Assembly: GCA_046347845.1 (NCBI GenBank)
Contig: JAXMFH010000006.1
Location: forward strand, 48,482-112,481
Length of the DNA stretch: 64,000 bases
From: Burkholderiales bacterium
Lineage (GTDB): Bacteria > Pseudomonadota > Gammaproteobacteria > Burkholderiales > Casimicrobiaceae
Direction of reading: 5' to 3'
Shown here: one piece after another, positions 17,959 to 27,837 of the stretch
Layout of the letters: each line of letters opens with the position of its first letter
Position numbering within the stretch: position 1 is the stretch's first letter
Position numbers and translations under genes: made by a program
Notes under the pieces: model-generated
What the model saw: the letters and a program-made list of their open reading frames with translations, nothing else
Told to the model about the DNA's origin: nothing
Databases searched by the model: none

Positions 17959-18528
17959 ATGCCCACCCGTCCCGCCGCGCGCGTCGCCCTCCGAGTCCCG
18001 ACCGCCGCGGACGCGGCGGCGTTCCTCGCCGCCGTCCGGGCGAGCCGGCGCCTGCACGGGCGCTGGGTGCAGGCGCCCGCGACGCCCGCGCAGTTCCGGG
18101 CGTACCTCAAGCGCTATGCGGCGCCGGGAACGCCGGCCACCCATGCGGGACTCCTCGCCGTGCGCAAGGAGGACGGCGCGCTCGTCGGCGTGTTCAACTT
18201 CAGCAACGTCGTGTACGGGCCGTTCCGCAGCGCCTACCTCGGCTACTACGCATTCGCGCCGCTCGCGGGCCGCGGCTACATGACCGAGGCGTTCGCGCTC
18301 GCGCTCGACCACGCGTACGCGAAGCTCCGGCTCCACCGCGTCGAGGCGAACGTGCAGCCGAGCAACCGCCGGTCGATCGCGCTGGTCGAGCGAGCGGGCC
18401 TCGCGCGCGAGGGATACTCGCGGCGCTACATCATGATCGCGGGCCGCTGGCGCGATCACGTGCGCTACGCGATGCTCGCGGAGGACTGGCGCGCGCTCAA
18501 GGCCGGGCGGAAGGGCGGTCGCCGGTGA
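17959..18528 (+). CDS. GNAT family N-acetyltransferase (RimJ/RimL-like)
   Basis: LHRVEANVQPSNRRSIALVERAGLAREGYSRRY is the typical RimJ/L C-terminal half. Confidence 0.85.
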   Translation: MPTRPAARVALRVPTAADAAAFLAAVRASRRLHGRWVQAPATPAQFRAYLKRYAAPGTPATHAGLLAVRKEDGALVGVFNFSNVVYGPFRSAYLGYYAFAPLAGRGYMTEAFALALDHAYAKLRLHRVEANVQPSNRRSIALVERAGLAREGYSRRYIMIAGRWRDHVRYAMLAEDWRALKAGRKGGRR

Positions 18529-18899
18529 GACGGCCGCTCGCGCTCGCCCTCTGCGGCGCCGCGGCGCTCGCCGCGTGCGCGGCGCCGGCGCCCGGCCCGG
18601 ACGAGACGCAGGCCGCCGACGGGCACGAGATGTCGCCCTACACGATCCACGAGGCCTGCGTGAGGCTCGCCGCGGGCGATCGCCTCGACTGGCGATTCGA
18701 GTCGCTCGCGCCGGTGGACTTCAACCTCCACTACCACGACGGCCCCTCCGTCGTGCTGCCGGTCTCGCGCACCGCGAGCCTCGGCGATTCCGGCATCTAC
18801 GTCGTCACGCTCGCGCACGACTACTGCGCGATGTGGGAGACCGGCGCGCTGCGGACGGTCCTCAACTACCGGATCCGGCCGATCCGGGCGGCTCCATGA
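18525..18899 (+). CDS. hypothetical lipoprotein
   Basis: Lipobox LAAC in MRRPLALALCGAAALAAC. The start overlaps the upstream stop (GTGA) and the stop overlaps the downstream start (ATGA). Confidence 0.6.
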   Translation: MRRPLALALCGAAALAACAAPAPGPDETQAADGHEMSPYTIHEACVRLAAGDRLDWRFESLAPVDFNLHYHDGPSVVLPVSRTASLGDSGIYVVTLAHDYCAMWETGALRTVLNYRIRPIRAAP

Positions 18900-19555
18900 G
18901 CGGGGTCGGCGCGCTGCTGTTCGACCTGGACGGCACGCTGACCGACAACTACCTGGGCATCGCGCGCTCGATCCGCTACGCGCTCGAGCGCCTGGGCGCG
19001 GACGAGCCCGACGAGGCGACGCTGCGCCGGTGCGTCGGACCGCCGCTGCGCGTCTCGTTCGCCGCGCTGCTCGACACCGACGACGCCGCGACGATCGAGC
19101 GCGCGATCGCGCTCTACCGCGAGCGCTTCGCCGACCTGGGCTGGCGCGAGAACCTCGTCTACGAGGGCATTCCCGAGGCGATGACGGCGCTCGCCGCGAC
19201 GTCGCGGCCGATCTACCTGTGCACGTCGAAGCCCGAGATCTACGCGCGGCGCATCGTCCAGCTGTTCGGGCTCTCCGAGTTCCTGCGCGGCGTCTACGGC
19301 GCCGACCTCGCCGGCCGCCTCGACGACAAGGTCGCGCTGCTCGCCCATCTCGCCGCGGCCGAGCGCCTCGACGCCTCGCGCGCGACGATGGTCGGCGACC
19401 GCAGCCACGACGTCCGCGCCGCGCGGATGAACGGCGCGCGCGCCGTGGGCGTCCTGTGGGGCTACGGCTCGGCCGAGGAGCTCGCCGGCGCCGATGCGAT
19501 CGTCGGCTCCCCCGCCGAGCTCGTCGCCGTGCTCGCGACGGAAGCGTCCGGCTGA
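18896..19555 (+). CDS. HAD-superfamily hydrolase (phosphoglycolate phosphatase-like)
   Basis: LLFDLDGTLTDN motif I, CTSKP motif II, MVGDRSHD motif IV. Confidence 0.85.
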   Translation: MSGVGALLFDLDGTLTDNYLGIARSIRYALERLGADEPDEATLRRCVGPPLRVSFAALLDTDDAATIERAIALYRERFADLGWRENLVYEGIPEAMTALAATSRPIYLCTSKPEIYARRIVQLFGLSEFLRGVYGADLAGRLDDKVALLAHLAAAERLDASRATMVGDRSHDVRAARMNGARAVGVLWGYGSAEELAGADAIVGSPAELVAVLATEASG

Positions 19556-19608
19556 AGCCCGCGTCGCGGAGCGGGCCGCCGACGTCCGCGGGATCGCCCC
19601 GACGACGC

Positions 19609-20364
19609 CTACAGGCCCGGGTCGGGGAGCGGCCGGTCGAGGTCCGGCCACGAGTAGGTGGCGCCGTGCTTCACGCTGCCGAGCACGATCCGGTCGGCGA
19701 TGCGCAGCGCCGCGTCCTCCGGCGTCGCGAGCCGGCCGCTCGCCTTGAAGTCGCGGAACATCGCGACGCCGGGCAGCGTGCGCTCGTCCTGCGATCGCAT
19801 CACCGTCTGCATGTCGGTGTCGATCACGCCCGGGCGCAGCGAGACGGCGCGGAACGTCGCATCGCGCACTTCGGCGGCCAGCACCCTGGTCAGCATCTCG
19901 AGGCCGGCCTTCGCTGCGCAATAGAGGCTCTCGCCGGCGATCGCCGAGCGCGCGGCGCCCGACGAGACGTTGACGATCCGCCGCTCGACCGCCTTGTCGG
20001 CGAACGCGCGCAGGAAGAGCGCGGACAGCGCGACCGGCGCGCCCAGGTTCACCGCCAGCGAGCGTGCGATCCCGGCGCCGTCGTGCATCTCGACGAGCCC
20101 GACGGGCTCGACGGTCGCGGCGTTGTTGACGAGGCACACCGACGCCGGCCCCAGGCCCGCCAGCGCGCCGAACGCGGGTGCGAGCGCCGCGTCGATGGCC
20201 GGCACGTCGGCCAGGTCGCACTCGGCGAACCGGTATCGGTCGCCCTTCAGGCCCGCGGGCGACGATCGCCCCACGCCGAGCACGACCGCCTCGCGATCGA
20301 GCAGCACGCGGGCGAGCGCGGCGCCCAGGCCGCGCGAAACGCCGGTTACGATCACGCAACGCAT
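19609..20364 (-). CDS. short-chain dehydrogenase/reductase (SDR)
   Basis: VIVTGVSRGLG cofactor motif, NNAA, and the YCAAK catalytic motif. Confidence 0.85.
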   Translation of the reverse strand: MRCVIVTGVSRGLGAALARVLLDREAVVLGVGRSSPAGLKGDRYRFAECDLADVPAIDAALAPAFGALAGLGPASVCLVNNAATVEPVGLVEMHDGAGIARSLAVNLGAPVALSALFLRAFADKAVERRIVNVSSGAARSAIAGESLYCAAKAGLEMLTRVLAAEVRDATFRAVSLRPGVIDTDMQTVMRSQDERTLPGVAMFRDFKASGRLATPEDAALRIADRIVLGSVKHGATYSWPDLDRPLPDPGL

Positions 20365-20377
20365 CCCGCCCTCCCGT

Positions 20378-21496
20378 CTATTTGCCGGACAGCGCGCCGA
20401 ACAGCGCGACGAGCACGACGACGCCCAGGACGATCAGCGCGATCTTCCACGGGCTCTTCGGGTACTCGCCGGCCACGACGCCGGTCGCCCCGTTGATCAG
20501 GCACTGGAACGATCGCCGGCCGTAATCGTAGGACAGCAGCCATACGGGCGCGAGGATGTGCTTGTAGGTCTGCCCCGACCAGTCCGCACGGACCTCGAGG
20601 TTTCGGTAGGTGTCGCCCGGCACCCGGGCTGCGCACATCGCCTCGAGCTTCGCCCTCATCCGGTCGCGCGCGGCCCCGGCCGCCTCCTGGAGGTCGATCT
20701 GGTAGCGCTCGACCACCCACCCCGCGACGTAGCCCGGATCGTAGGCCTTGAGCTCGCCGGTCGGGAACGGCTCGATCGCCCGCACGAGGTCGGCGCGGAC
20801 CCCGACCGACGCGCACACGAGGTCGTCGTCGAAGAAGTGCGAGACGTGCCCCGCCGCGGGCTCCCAGCGTACGTGCCGGACCTGGCGCGTGCGCAGCTGG
20901 CCGTTCTCGTAGTAGGACTCGCTCGTGTAGTAGTAGTGGCCCGCCTCGGCCGTCCAGTCGGCCTCGACGCGCGCGTCGAACGTCCAGTAGGGCAGGTAGA
21001 CGCCGCGCACCGTGTCGGTCAGCGCTCGGCGCTTGAGCGCGCCGGGCGCGAGCCACAGCCGGCCGAACCACGCGCGCAGCCGGTCGCGCGCGTCGGGCTC
21101 GGCAACGCGGAACGGCAGCACGCTCTCCGGCCGGTACGCTGGCGCGCTCTCGTCGTAGGGCACGAGCTGCGCCGAGCCGCAGAACTCGCAGTTCTGGGCC
21201 TGGCGGGCGGGATCGAGGACCGAGATCGCCCGGCAGCTCTGGCAGCGCACCTGCCGCTTGACCGCCGCCCAGCCCGCGTGCGCCGCGTCGAATGACGCGA
21301 GGGCTCGCGCGAGATCGTGCTCCTTCGCGGCGCCTGCGACCTCCGCCGGGGCGGGCGACTCCGTGCCGCAGAACGGGCACACGAGCGTCTGCCGCGTCGG
21401 GTTCCACACCGCTTCGCCGCCGCAGGCGGGACAGGCGAACTTCGCGAGCGCCTGCGCCTCCGCTCCGGGGTCCCGCGGCGCCTCGGCGCCCGTCAC
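20378..21496 (-). CDS. double zinc-ribbon membrane-anchored protein (YdjG-like)
   Basis: CPACGG...CPFCG and CQSCRA...CEFCG ribbons, a central domain, and a C-terminal TM PWKIALIVLGVVVLVALFGAL. Confidence 0.75.
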   Translation of the reverse strand: MTGAEAPRDPGAEAQALAKFACPACGGEAVWNPTRQTLVCPFCGTESPAPAEVAGAAKEHDLARALASFDAAHAGWAAVKRQVRCQSCRAISVLDPARQAQNCEFCGSAQLVPYDESAPAYRPESVLPFRVAEPDARDRLRAWFGRLWLAPGALKRRALTDTVRGVYLPYWTFDARVEADWTAEAGHYYYTSESYYENGQLRTRQVRHVRWEPAAGHVSHFFDDDLVCASVGVRADLVRAIEPFPTGELKAYDPGYVAGWVVERYQIDLQEAAGAARDRMRAKLEAMCAARVPGDTYRNLEVRADWSGQTYKHILAPVWLLSYDYGRRSFQCLINGATGVVAGEYPKSPWKIALIVLGVVVLVALFGALSGK

Positions 21497-21548
21497 GTCG
21501 CCGCCCCGGCCGGCCGGTCGCGCCGGCGGCGCCCGTCCCGCGGCGAGA

Positions 21549-21971
21549 TCACTGGATCACGTAGCCGATCACGCGCCACGCGTTGCGCTCGAACTCGAGC
21601 GAGACGAGCTCGCGGCCGATCGACTTGTTCGTCCACGAGGTCCGGAACGCGACGAGCGCGTAGTCGCCGTCGGGCTGGCCGGGAAGCGTCCGCGCGAGCC
21701 TCGTCGCCAGGACCGTGCGCTGCGTCACCTCGCCCAGCGGACCGCGCACCCGCGCGAGCGCCTCGCGCCAGCGCTCGGCGGACAGGGCATCGCGGAACTT
21801 CGCTCCCGCGGCTTCGCGCGCCGCGTCCGCCTGCATCCGGTCGGCGAACACGAGCCACTCGCGCGCCGCCTCCTGCGCGACCAAGGCGCGCGGATCCTGC
21901 GCGAGCGAGGCGGGCGCGACCGACGCGGCGGCGAGCGCAGCCAGGCCGAGGAGCGCGGCGCGGCGAAGCAC
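21549..21971 (-). CDS. secreted DUF4019-like protein
   Basis: A GTG start at 21971 gives the signal peptide MLRRAALLGLAALAAASVAPASLA. The remainder resembles DUF4019 (...YALVAFRTSW...WRVIGYVIQ). Confidence 0.65.
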   Translation of the reverse strand: MLRRAALLGLAALAAASVAPASLAQDPRALVAQEAAREWLVFADRMQADAAREAAGAKFRDALSAERWREALARVRGPLGEVTQRTVLATRLARTLPGQPDGDYALVAFRTSWTNKSIGRELVSLEFERNAWRVIGYVIQ

Positions 21972-21982
21972 GGCCCCGGGCG

Positions 21983-23050
21983 CTACGAGTGCAGGAACGC
22001 GCCGACCGCGGCGCGCGTCACGCGCCACTGCGTCCCGATCTTCTTGCCCTTGAGGTCGCCCGACTCGAGGCTCGCGACCACGTCGGACTCGGCCACGCCG
22101 AGCACCTGCGCCACCTGCGCGGGGGTCATCAGCTCGGGGATCGCCGGCGAGGCCCCCGGCGCCGCGGGCGCTCTGACGCCCGGCGTCGACTGCGCCATCA
22201 GGCCGCCGGTCTGGTTCATCATCTGCTGCGCCATCGCCATGCCGACCGCCATCTCCGCGGCCATGCCGCCCGCGCCGGCGCCGCCCTTCTCCATGCCCTG
22301 CGCCATCTGGAACTTCACGTAGTCGTTCAGGTTGCCGACCGCGGCCATCGACGAGCGCTTGTCGATCGCCTGCTCGACTTCGGGCGGCACCGAGACGTTC
22401 TCGACGACGAACGACGTGAGCTCGAGACCGTACTTGTCGTGGAGGACCGGGTTGATGAGCGGGAGCAGCGCGCTGCCGAGCTCGCCGTAGCGCGACGCGA
22501 CGTCGAGCGCCGGGATCCTCGCGCCGGCGAGCGCGTCGGAGAACACGCTCACGAGGCGCGAGCGCATCACGTCGGCGAACTCGTCGAGCCGGAAGTGGTG
22601 GTCGGTGCCCGCGACCTCCTTCAGGAATCGCGGCGCGTCGACGATCCGGAAGTCGTAGGTGCCGTAGGCACGCAGCCGCACGACGCCGAAGTCGGCGTCG
22701 CGCATCATCACCGGGTTCGCGGTCCCCCACTTGTTGCCGGTGAACACGCGCGTGACGACGTAGTAGACGTCGGCCTTGAACGGGCTCTCGAGCGCGTACT
22801 TCCAGCTCTTGAGGTTGGTGAGGACCGGGATGTTGTCGGTCGTGAGCGTGTGCTTGCCCGGGCCGAACGCGTCGCCGAACTGCCCGAGGTAGACGAACTG
22901 GGCGAGCTGGCTCTCGCGCACGATGAGCTGCGCGCCGTTCTTGATCTCCTTGTCCTCGTCGGGGAACCGCCACGACAGCGTGTCGCGCGAGTCGTCGGTC
23001 CACTCGATGACGTCGATGAACTGCTTCTTCAGGAAATCGATGATCGCCAT
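21983..23050 (-). CDS. SPFH-domain protein (YdjI / COG4260 family) fused to a C-terminal excisionase-type HTH
   Basis: N-terminus FIDVIEWTDDSRDTLSWRFP...NGAQLIVRESQLAQFVYLG...LKSWKYALESPFKADVYYV matches YdjI-like SPFH proteins. The C-terminus MTPAQVAQVLGVAESDV...KIGTQWRVTRAAVGAFL is HTH_17/excisionase-like. Confidence 0.85.
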   Translation of the reverse strand: MAIIDFLKKQFIDVIEWTDDSRDTLSWRFPDEDKEIKNGAQLIVRESQLAQFVYLGQFGDAFGPGKHTLTTDNIPVLTNLKSWKYALESPFKADVYYVVTRVFTGNKWGTANPVMMRDADFGVVRLRAYGTYDFRIVDAPRFLKEVAGTDHHFRLDEFADVMRSRLVSVFSDALAGARIPALDVASRYGELGSALLPLINPVLHDKYGLELTSFVVENVSVPPEVEQAIDKRSSMAAVGNLNDYVKFQMAQGMEKGGAGAGGMAAEMAVGMAMAQQMMNQTGGLMAQSTPGVRAPAAPGASPAIPELMTPAQVAQVLGVAESDVVASLESGDLKGKKIGTQWRVTRAAVGAFLHS

Positions 23051-23111
23051 GCGAGGGCTCGCTCCTGGGGTCGTGTCGTCGCGTCCGGCGCGCGGCCGGC
23101 GCAGGGGTCAA

Positions 23112-23930
23112 CTACTTCTTCGCGGCCGCCATCTTCTTCGCGTCGGCCTCGGCTTCCTTCATCGCCGCCTCGAGGCGCGCGAGCGGCACCGCGCCGGGCA
23201 GCACCGATCCGTCGGCGAGGATCATCGTCGGCGTCGCCTGGATGCGCAGCTTCTGTCCGAGCGCCTGCGTCGCCGCGACCGGGTTGCTGCACTCGCCCTT
23301 GTTGTCCGGGAGCTTGCCCGACGCGAAGAACTCGTCCCAGGCCTTGACGCGGTCGGACGAGCACCAGATCTGCTTCGACTTCTGGGCCGCTTCCGGGTGC
23401 AGCTGGTCGATCGGGAACAGGAACGTGTAGATCGTGACGTTGTCGAGCCCGGCCATCTCCTGCTCGAGCCTGTGGCAGAACGGGCAGTCGGCGTCCGAGA
23501 ACACGACGAGCTTGCGCTCGCCCTTGCCCTTGACCTTCTTGATCGCGAGCTCGAGCGGCAGGTTGTCCCACGAGACGCGATTGAGCTTGCGCAGCCGCTC
23601 CTCGGTGAGGTTCTGCTTCGTGTTGGCGTCGAACATCGCGCCGACGAGCACGTGGCTCACCTTGGCGTCGGTGTAGACGATCCGGTCGTCGAACTGCACC
23701 TCGTAGAGTCCGCCCAGGTAGCCGGTCCGAGTGATTCCGCGGATCTCGGCGCCGGGGAACTTCTCCTGCATGGTCTTGCGGACGGCCGCGACGTCCGCGG
23801 TCGGGGCCGCGGCGGCAGGGGCGGCGGCCGGCGCCGCCGTCTGCGCCGAGACGGCCCCGGCGGCGAGGGCCGCGACGACGAGCGGCAGGGCGGGCCGCGC
23901 GAGGCGGGCGAGTAGCGGGGTCGGGAACAT
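23112..23930 (-). CDS. dsbC: thiol:disulfide interchange protein, DsbC/DsbG family
   Basis: Signal peptide, N-terminal dimerisation region, and a thioredoxin fold with CPFC. Confidence 0.85.
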   Translation of the reverse strand: MFPTPLLARLARPALPLVVAALAAGAVSAQTAAPAAAPAAAAPTADVAAVRKTMQEKFPGAEIRGITRTGYLGGLYEVQFDDRIVYTDAKVSHVLVGAMFDANTKQNLTEERLRKLNRVSWDNLPLELAIKKVKGKGERKLVVFSDADCPFCHRLEQEMAGLDNVTIYTFLFPIDQLHPEAAQKSKQIWCSSDRVKAWDEFFASGKLPDNKGECSNPVAATQALGQKLRIQATPTMILADGSVLPGAVPLARLEAAMKEAEADAKKMAAAKK

Positions 23931-23976
23931 CGGGGCTCCGGATGGGGGGAAAGGGGTCGGGACGCGTTCGACAGCG

Positions 23977-25176
23977 TCAGCGCAGGGCAGGTTGCGCGAG
24001 CGCCTGCCTCAGGGGTGGGAAATTCGACACGGCCGTGAGGCCGAGGTTGCGAAGCATCGAGAGGCCGGGCGTGTTCGACCCGAACAGTCGGGCGAGCCCG
24101 TCGGTCACCGCCTGCATGGCGGCCACCGGCGCCGCCCGCCGGCGGGCGTAGCGCTCCAGCAGGATCGGGGCGCCGGGGTCACCGACGCTCCCGCGGGCCG
24201 CCTGGACGGCCGCCAGCGCCTGGGCGTCGCCGAAGCCGAGGTTGACGCCCTGGCCGGCCAGCGGGTGGACGCCGTGCGCGGCGTCGCCGACCAGCGCGAG
24301 CCGGTGGGCGACGACCGCCGGCAGCCGCAGGAAATGGAGCGGGAACGCCGCCGCCGGCGTGAGGCACGCGAACCGGCCGAGCGACCGTCCGCCGGCCTCC
24401 GCGACCTGGTCGGCGAGCGCCTCCGGGTCGAGGCGCGCGAGCGTCGCCGCCTGGGCGTCGGGGGCCGACCAGACGATCGAGACGCGGTTCCCCGGCAGGG
24501 GCAGCCACGCGAGGATGCCGCCGTCGGGGCGGAACCACTGGCGCGCGGCGCCCTCGTGGGCGCGCTCGCATTCGAAGTTGGCGACGACCGCCGTCTGCCC
24601 GTAGGACCGGGGCTCGGCGGCGATGCCCGCGGCGCCCCGCACCCAGGACCGAAGCCCGTCGGCGCCCACGACGAGGCGGGCCGAGACCCGGCGGCCGTCC
24701 TCGAGCGCCAGCGTGCCCGCCCCCGCCGTCCAGGCGAGCGACGCGAACGCGGCCGGCGCGAGGACGTCGACCCCGGCCTCCGCGAGGCGTTCGACCAGCG
24801 CGGCGCGCAGCGCGCGCTCCTCGACGATCCACGCGAGCGCCCGCTCCGAGAGCTCGTAGGCGTCGAACTGCAGCCGGCCGCCGCGGTCGCCCTCGATCCG
24901 CATCGTCTCGACCGGCGCGAGCCGGTCGTCGGGGATCGCCTGCCACGCGCCGATCGAGCGCAGGAAGGCGGCGCTCCCCGGGCTGATCGCGTAGATGCGG
25001 GCGTCCCAGGTCGCCGGATCGGCCTCGGGGGCCGCGACCGGGTGCCGGTCGACCAGCGCGACCGAGAGCCCGGCGCCCGCGAGCGCCACCGCTGCGGCCA
25101 GCCCGGGCAGCCCGGCGCCCGCGACCAGCACGTCGCGCTCGACGGTTCCCGCGTCCGGATCGGCCTTCCCGCTCAC
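23977..25176 (-). CDS. UbiH/UbiF/VisC/COQ6 family FAD-dependent ubiquinone-biosynthesis hydroxylase
   Basis: [18 protein letters not shown] Rossmann motif, [20 protein letters not shown] motif. The GTG start overlaps the hslV stop (GTGA). Confidence 0.85.
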   Translation of the reverse strand: MSGKADPDAGTVERDVLVAGAGLPGLAAAVALAGAGLSVALVDRHPVAAPEADPATWDARIYAISPGSAAFLRSIGAWQAIPDDRLAPVETMRIEGDRGGRLQFDAYELSERALAWIVEERALRAALVERLAEAGVDVLAPAAFASLAWTAGAGTLALEDGRRVSARLVVGADGLRSWVRGAAGIAAEPRSYGQTAVVANFECERAHEGAARQWFRPDGGILAWLPLPGNRVSIVWSAPDAQAATLARLDPEALADQVAEAGGRSLGRFACLTPAAAFPLHFLRLPAVVAHRLALVGDAAHGVHPLAGQGVNLGFGDAQALAAVQAARGSVGDPGAPILLERYARRRAAPVAAMQAVTDGLARLFGSNTPGLSMLRNLGLTAVSNFPPLRQALAQPALR

Positions 25177-25706
25177 AGCGCCTCGATCACGTGGTTCTGG
25201 TTGGTGTAGATGCAGAGCTCCCCGGCGATCGTGAGCGCCTGCTTGACGATCTCGACCGCCGGGAGGGCGCTGTGCTGCAGCAAGGCCCGTGCCGCGGCCT
25301 GCGCGTAGGGGCCGCCCGAGCCGATCGCGACGATGCCGTGCTCGGGCTCCAGCACGTCGCCGGTCCCGGTGATCACGAGCGAGGCGCTCGCGTCGGCGAT
25401 CGCCAGCATCGCCTCGAGGCGCCGCAGCACGCGGTCGGAGCGCCAGTCCTTCGCGAGCTCGACGGCCGCCCGCGTCAGGTGGCCCTGGTGCTTCTCGAGC
25501 TTGGCCTCGAAGCGCTCGAACAGCGTGAACGCGTCGGCGGTCGCGCCCGCGAAGCCCGCGAGCACCTTGTCGTGGTAGAGGCGGCGCACCTTGCGCGCGG
25601 TGGACTTGACGACGACCGAGCCCAGCGTGACCTGGCCGTCGCCGCCGAGCGCCACCGCGCCGTCGCGACGGACGGACAGGATCGTGGTGCCGTGATAGGT
25701 ATCCAT
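25173..25706 (-). CDS. hslV: ATP-dependent protease subunit HslV
   Basis: [16 protein letters not shown]... (catalytic Thr after processing) and GDGQVTLG...[17 protein letters not shown]. Confidence 0.95.
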   Translation of the reverse strand: MDTYHGTTILSVRRDGAVALGGDGQVTLGSVVVKSTARKVRRLYHDKVLAGFAGATADAFTLFERFEAKLEKHQGHLTRAAVELAKDWRSDRVLRRLEAMLAIADASASLVITGTGDVLEPEHGIVAIGSGGPYAQAAARALLQHSALPAVEIVKQALTIAGELCIYTNQNHVIEAL

Positions 25707-25764
25707 GGGGAGTCTGCCGCCGGGGCGGCGCCCGGGCGCCCGCGCGGCCGGGGCCGGCGGCGCG

Positions 25765-27018
25765 CTACTGTGCCTTCTTCACGAAGTGGCGCGGCGAGAT
25801 TCCGATGAGCAGCAGCAGCGCACGGACGATCGGCGTGGCGCCGACGATCTGCACCGACTTGCGCTGCGCCTCGATCCGGTTGATCGCGTTGAGCAGCGCG
25901 CCGGCGCACACGAAGTCCACCCGCTCCACGCCGCTCATGTCGACGGGAAGGATCGCGCGCCGCTGCCCGAACTCGGCGAGCTGGGTCAGTTGCGGCAGCG
26001 CGGTCCCCGCCATCACGCCGGTCCACACGAGCATCTCGACATCCTGCGGCAGGTCGGCCGCCTCCTGCGCGGCCGTTGCGTCGCCGGCCTCCTGCACCGG
26101 GGCGGCGGGCGCCGGCGGCGGCTCCCACGAGGGCGGCGACTGCTCGAACGCCACCGCGTACTCGATCGCGAGGTCCTCGAAGGCCTCGCGCTGCTGCTGC
26201 CACTGCATGAGCTCGAGCGCGAGCATCCACGCGCCTTCCCCCGCTTCCGCGCCGCGCTTGAGGGCGGCGGCGAGCATCGCGCGGAGCTTCTCGGCCTTCT
26301 GGATCGAGAGCGGGAACGCCTTGCGCCGTGCGGCCGCCAGCGCCCGCGCGAGCAGGAGCGCCCCTTCGTCGTCGTAGCCGCTCACCTGCGCGAGGTCGAC
26401 GCGCGCCGACGCGGCGCCCTTCTCGACCGCGCGGTTGAGCGTCGCGAACTGCGTCGCCGACGCCGCGCCGAGCTTGCCGGAGAACGCGACGTAGCCCCCG
26501 GCAGGGCCGGTCTTCGCGGCCGCAGCCGGTCCGCCGCGCTCCTCCCAGGACGGCGCCGAGCGCTCGAACTGGACGACGTACTGGAGCGCGAACTGGTCGA
26601 ACGCGCTGCGGTCGCCGGCGCGCTGCAACAGGTCGAACAGCGCGAGCCAGGCGAGCGGCGACAGGCGCGCGTCGTGATCGGTGGTGACGCCCTGCTCCAG
26701 CAGCGTGCGGGCGGGCGCGCCCTGTCCGCTCGCGAAGAGCAGCGCTGCGTTCTCCAGCACCGCGCAGAGCCCCGGGTTCGCCTGCACGACCTCGAAGGCC
26801 GGGTGCATCGTCGACGACGGCTCGAGCAGGCTCGCGCCGGTCACCGTGATGTCCGCGCCGACCGGCTCGACCGGCGGCCGCTCGGGCTCGCGCTTGCGCC
26901 CGAGCGCCTGCGACGCGAGGTCGCGCGCCGACGGCCGCTTGGGGGGCGGCGGCACGGGCCGCGCCTCGGGGGCGGGCGGCATCGGCTTCTTGGCCGGCGG
27001 CTTGGAGAAGAAGGCCAT
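25765..27018 (-). CDS. hypothetical protein with two internal [helical module + STAS-like domain] repeats
   Basis: ATG at 27018 (MAFFSKPP). Pro-rich N-terminus. Duplicated segments [21 protein letters not shown] and [21 protein letters not shown]. The C-terminal STAS-like part is [19 protein letters not shown]. Confidence 0.7.
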   Translation of the reverse strand: MAFFSKPPAKKPMPPAPEARPVPPPPKRPSARDLASQALGRKREPERPPVEPVGADITVTGASLLEPSSTMHPAFEVVQANPGLCAVLENAALLFASGQGAPARTLLEQGVTTDHDARLSPLAWLALFDLLQRAGDRSAFDQFALQYVVQFERSAPSWEERGGPAAAAKTGPAGGYVAFSGKLGAASATQFATLNRAVEKGAASARVDLAQVSGYDDEGALLLARALAAARRKAFPLSIQKAEKLRAMLAAALKRGAEAGEGAWMLALELMQWQQQREAFEDLAIEYAVAFEQSPPSWEPPPAPAAPVQEAGDATAAQEAADLPQDVEMLVWTGVMAGTALPQLTQLAEFGQRRAILPVDMSGVERVDFVCAGALLNAINRIEAQRKSVQIVGATPIVRALLLLIGISPRHFVKKAQ

Positions 27019-27197
27019 CGCAGGTCGCGGCGCTCCCCGGATGCGGGGGCGCCTCGGGCCATTATCGTCCCGTCGTCGGCTGCGGGACAACCCGCGGCGG
27101 CCCCGCGACCGCTCGAGCATCCCGCGCGGGCGGGTCGAAGAAGCGAACGGCCGGCGCCCTCGGGGGGCGCCCGGCCGTCCGGCGGGACTGCGCGGAC

Positions 27198-27794
27198 TCA
27201 GGCCTTCGCGAGATTCGCGGCGGCGAAGTCCCAGTTCAGCAGCCTGTCGATCACGGCGTCCACGTAGGCAGCCCGCTTGTTCTGGTGGTCGAGGTAGTAG
27301 GCGTGCTCCCACACGTCGATCGTGAGGAGCGGCTTCTGGCCCTTCGTGAACGGCACCTCCGCGTTTCCGGTCTTGACGACCTTGAGCGCGCCGCCGTCGA
27401 CGACGAGCCAGCCCCAGCCCGAGCCGAACTGCGAGACCGTCGTCGCCGAGAACTGCTTGCGGAACTCGTCGTAGTTGCCGAACGCCGCGTCGATCATCTG
27501 GGCGAGCTGGCCCGACGGCTTGCCGCCCCCGTGGGGCTTCATGCTGTTCCAGTAGAAAGTGTGGTTCCAGACCTGCGCGGCGTTGTTGAAGACGGGCGCC
27601 TTGTCGGCCTTGCCGGCCGTCGCGTTGACGATGCTCTCGAGCGTCGCGCTCTCGAGGTCGGTGCCCTTGACGAGGTTGTTCAGGTTGTCGACGTAGGTCT
27701 TGTGGTGCTTGCCGTAGTGGAACGAGATCGTGTTCGCCGAGATCACCGGCTCGAGGGCATTGTCGGCGTACGGAAGGGGCGGAAGCGTGAACAT
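27198..27794 (-). CDS. sodB: Fe/Mn-family superoxide dismutase (Fe-type)
   Basis: [13 protein letters not shown]...HYGKHH...[10 protein letters not shown]. Confidence 0.95.
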   Translation of the reverse strand: MFTLPPLPYADNALEPVISANTISFHYGKHHKTYVDNLNNLVKGTDLESATLESIVNATAGKADKAPVFNNAAQVWNHTFYWNSMKPHGGGKPSGQLAQMIDAAFGNYDEFRKQFSATTVSQFGSGWGWLVVDGGALKVVKTGNAEVPFTKGQKPLLTIDVWEHAYYLDHQNKRAAYVDAVIDRLLNWDFAAANLAKA

Positions 27795-27837
27795 GGCGCG
27801 TGGCTCCGGCGTGCGAGGTTTGCGGAATGGCTCCGGC

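Noticed and set aside
14391-18110. 1239-aa ORF on the minus strand
   Set aside because: It is antisense to pepN and overlaps fpr out of frame. The Arg/Ala/Gly/Pro-rich low-complexity translation is typical of shadow ORFs in very GC-rich DNA. pepN on the plus strand has clear catalytic motifs.
21983-22140. Excisionase-like HTH as a marker of a prophage or integrative element
   Set aside because: No integrase, att-like tRNA flank, phage or conjugation genes occur nearby. The HTH is the C-terminal domain of an SPFH protein, not a stand-alone xis gene.
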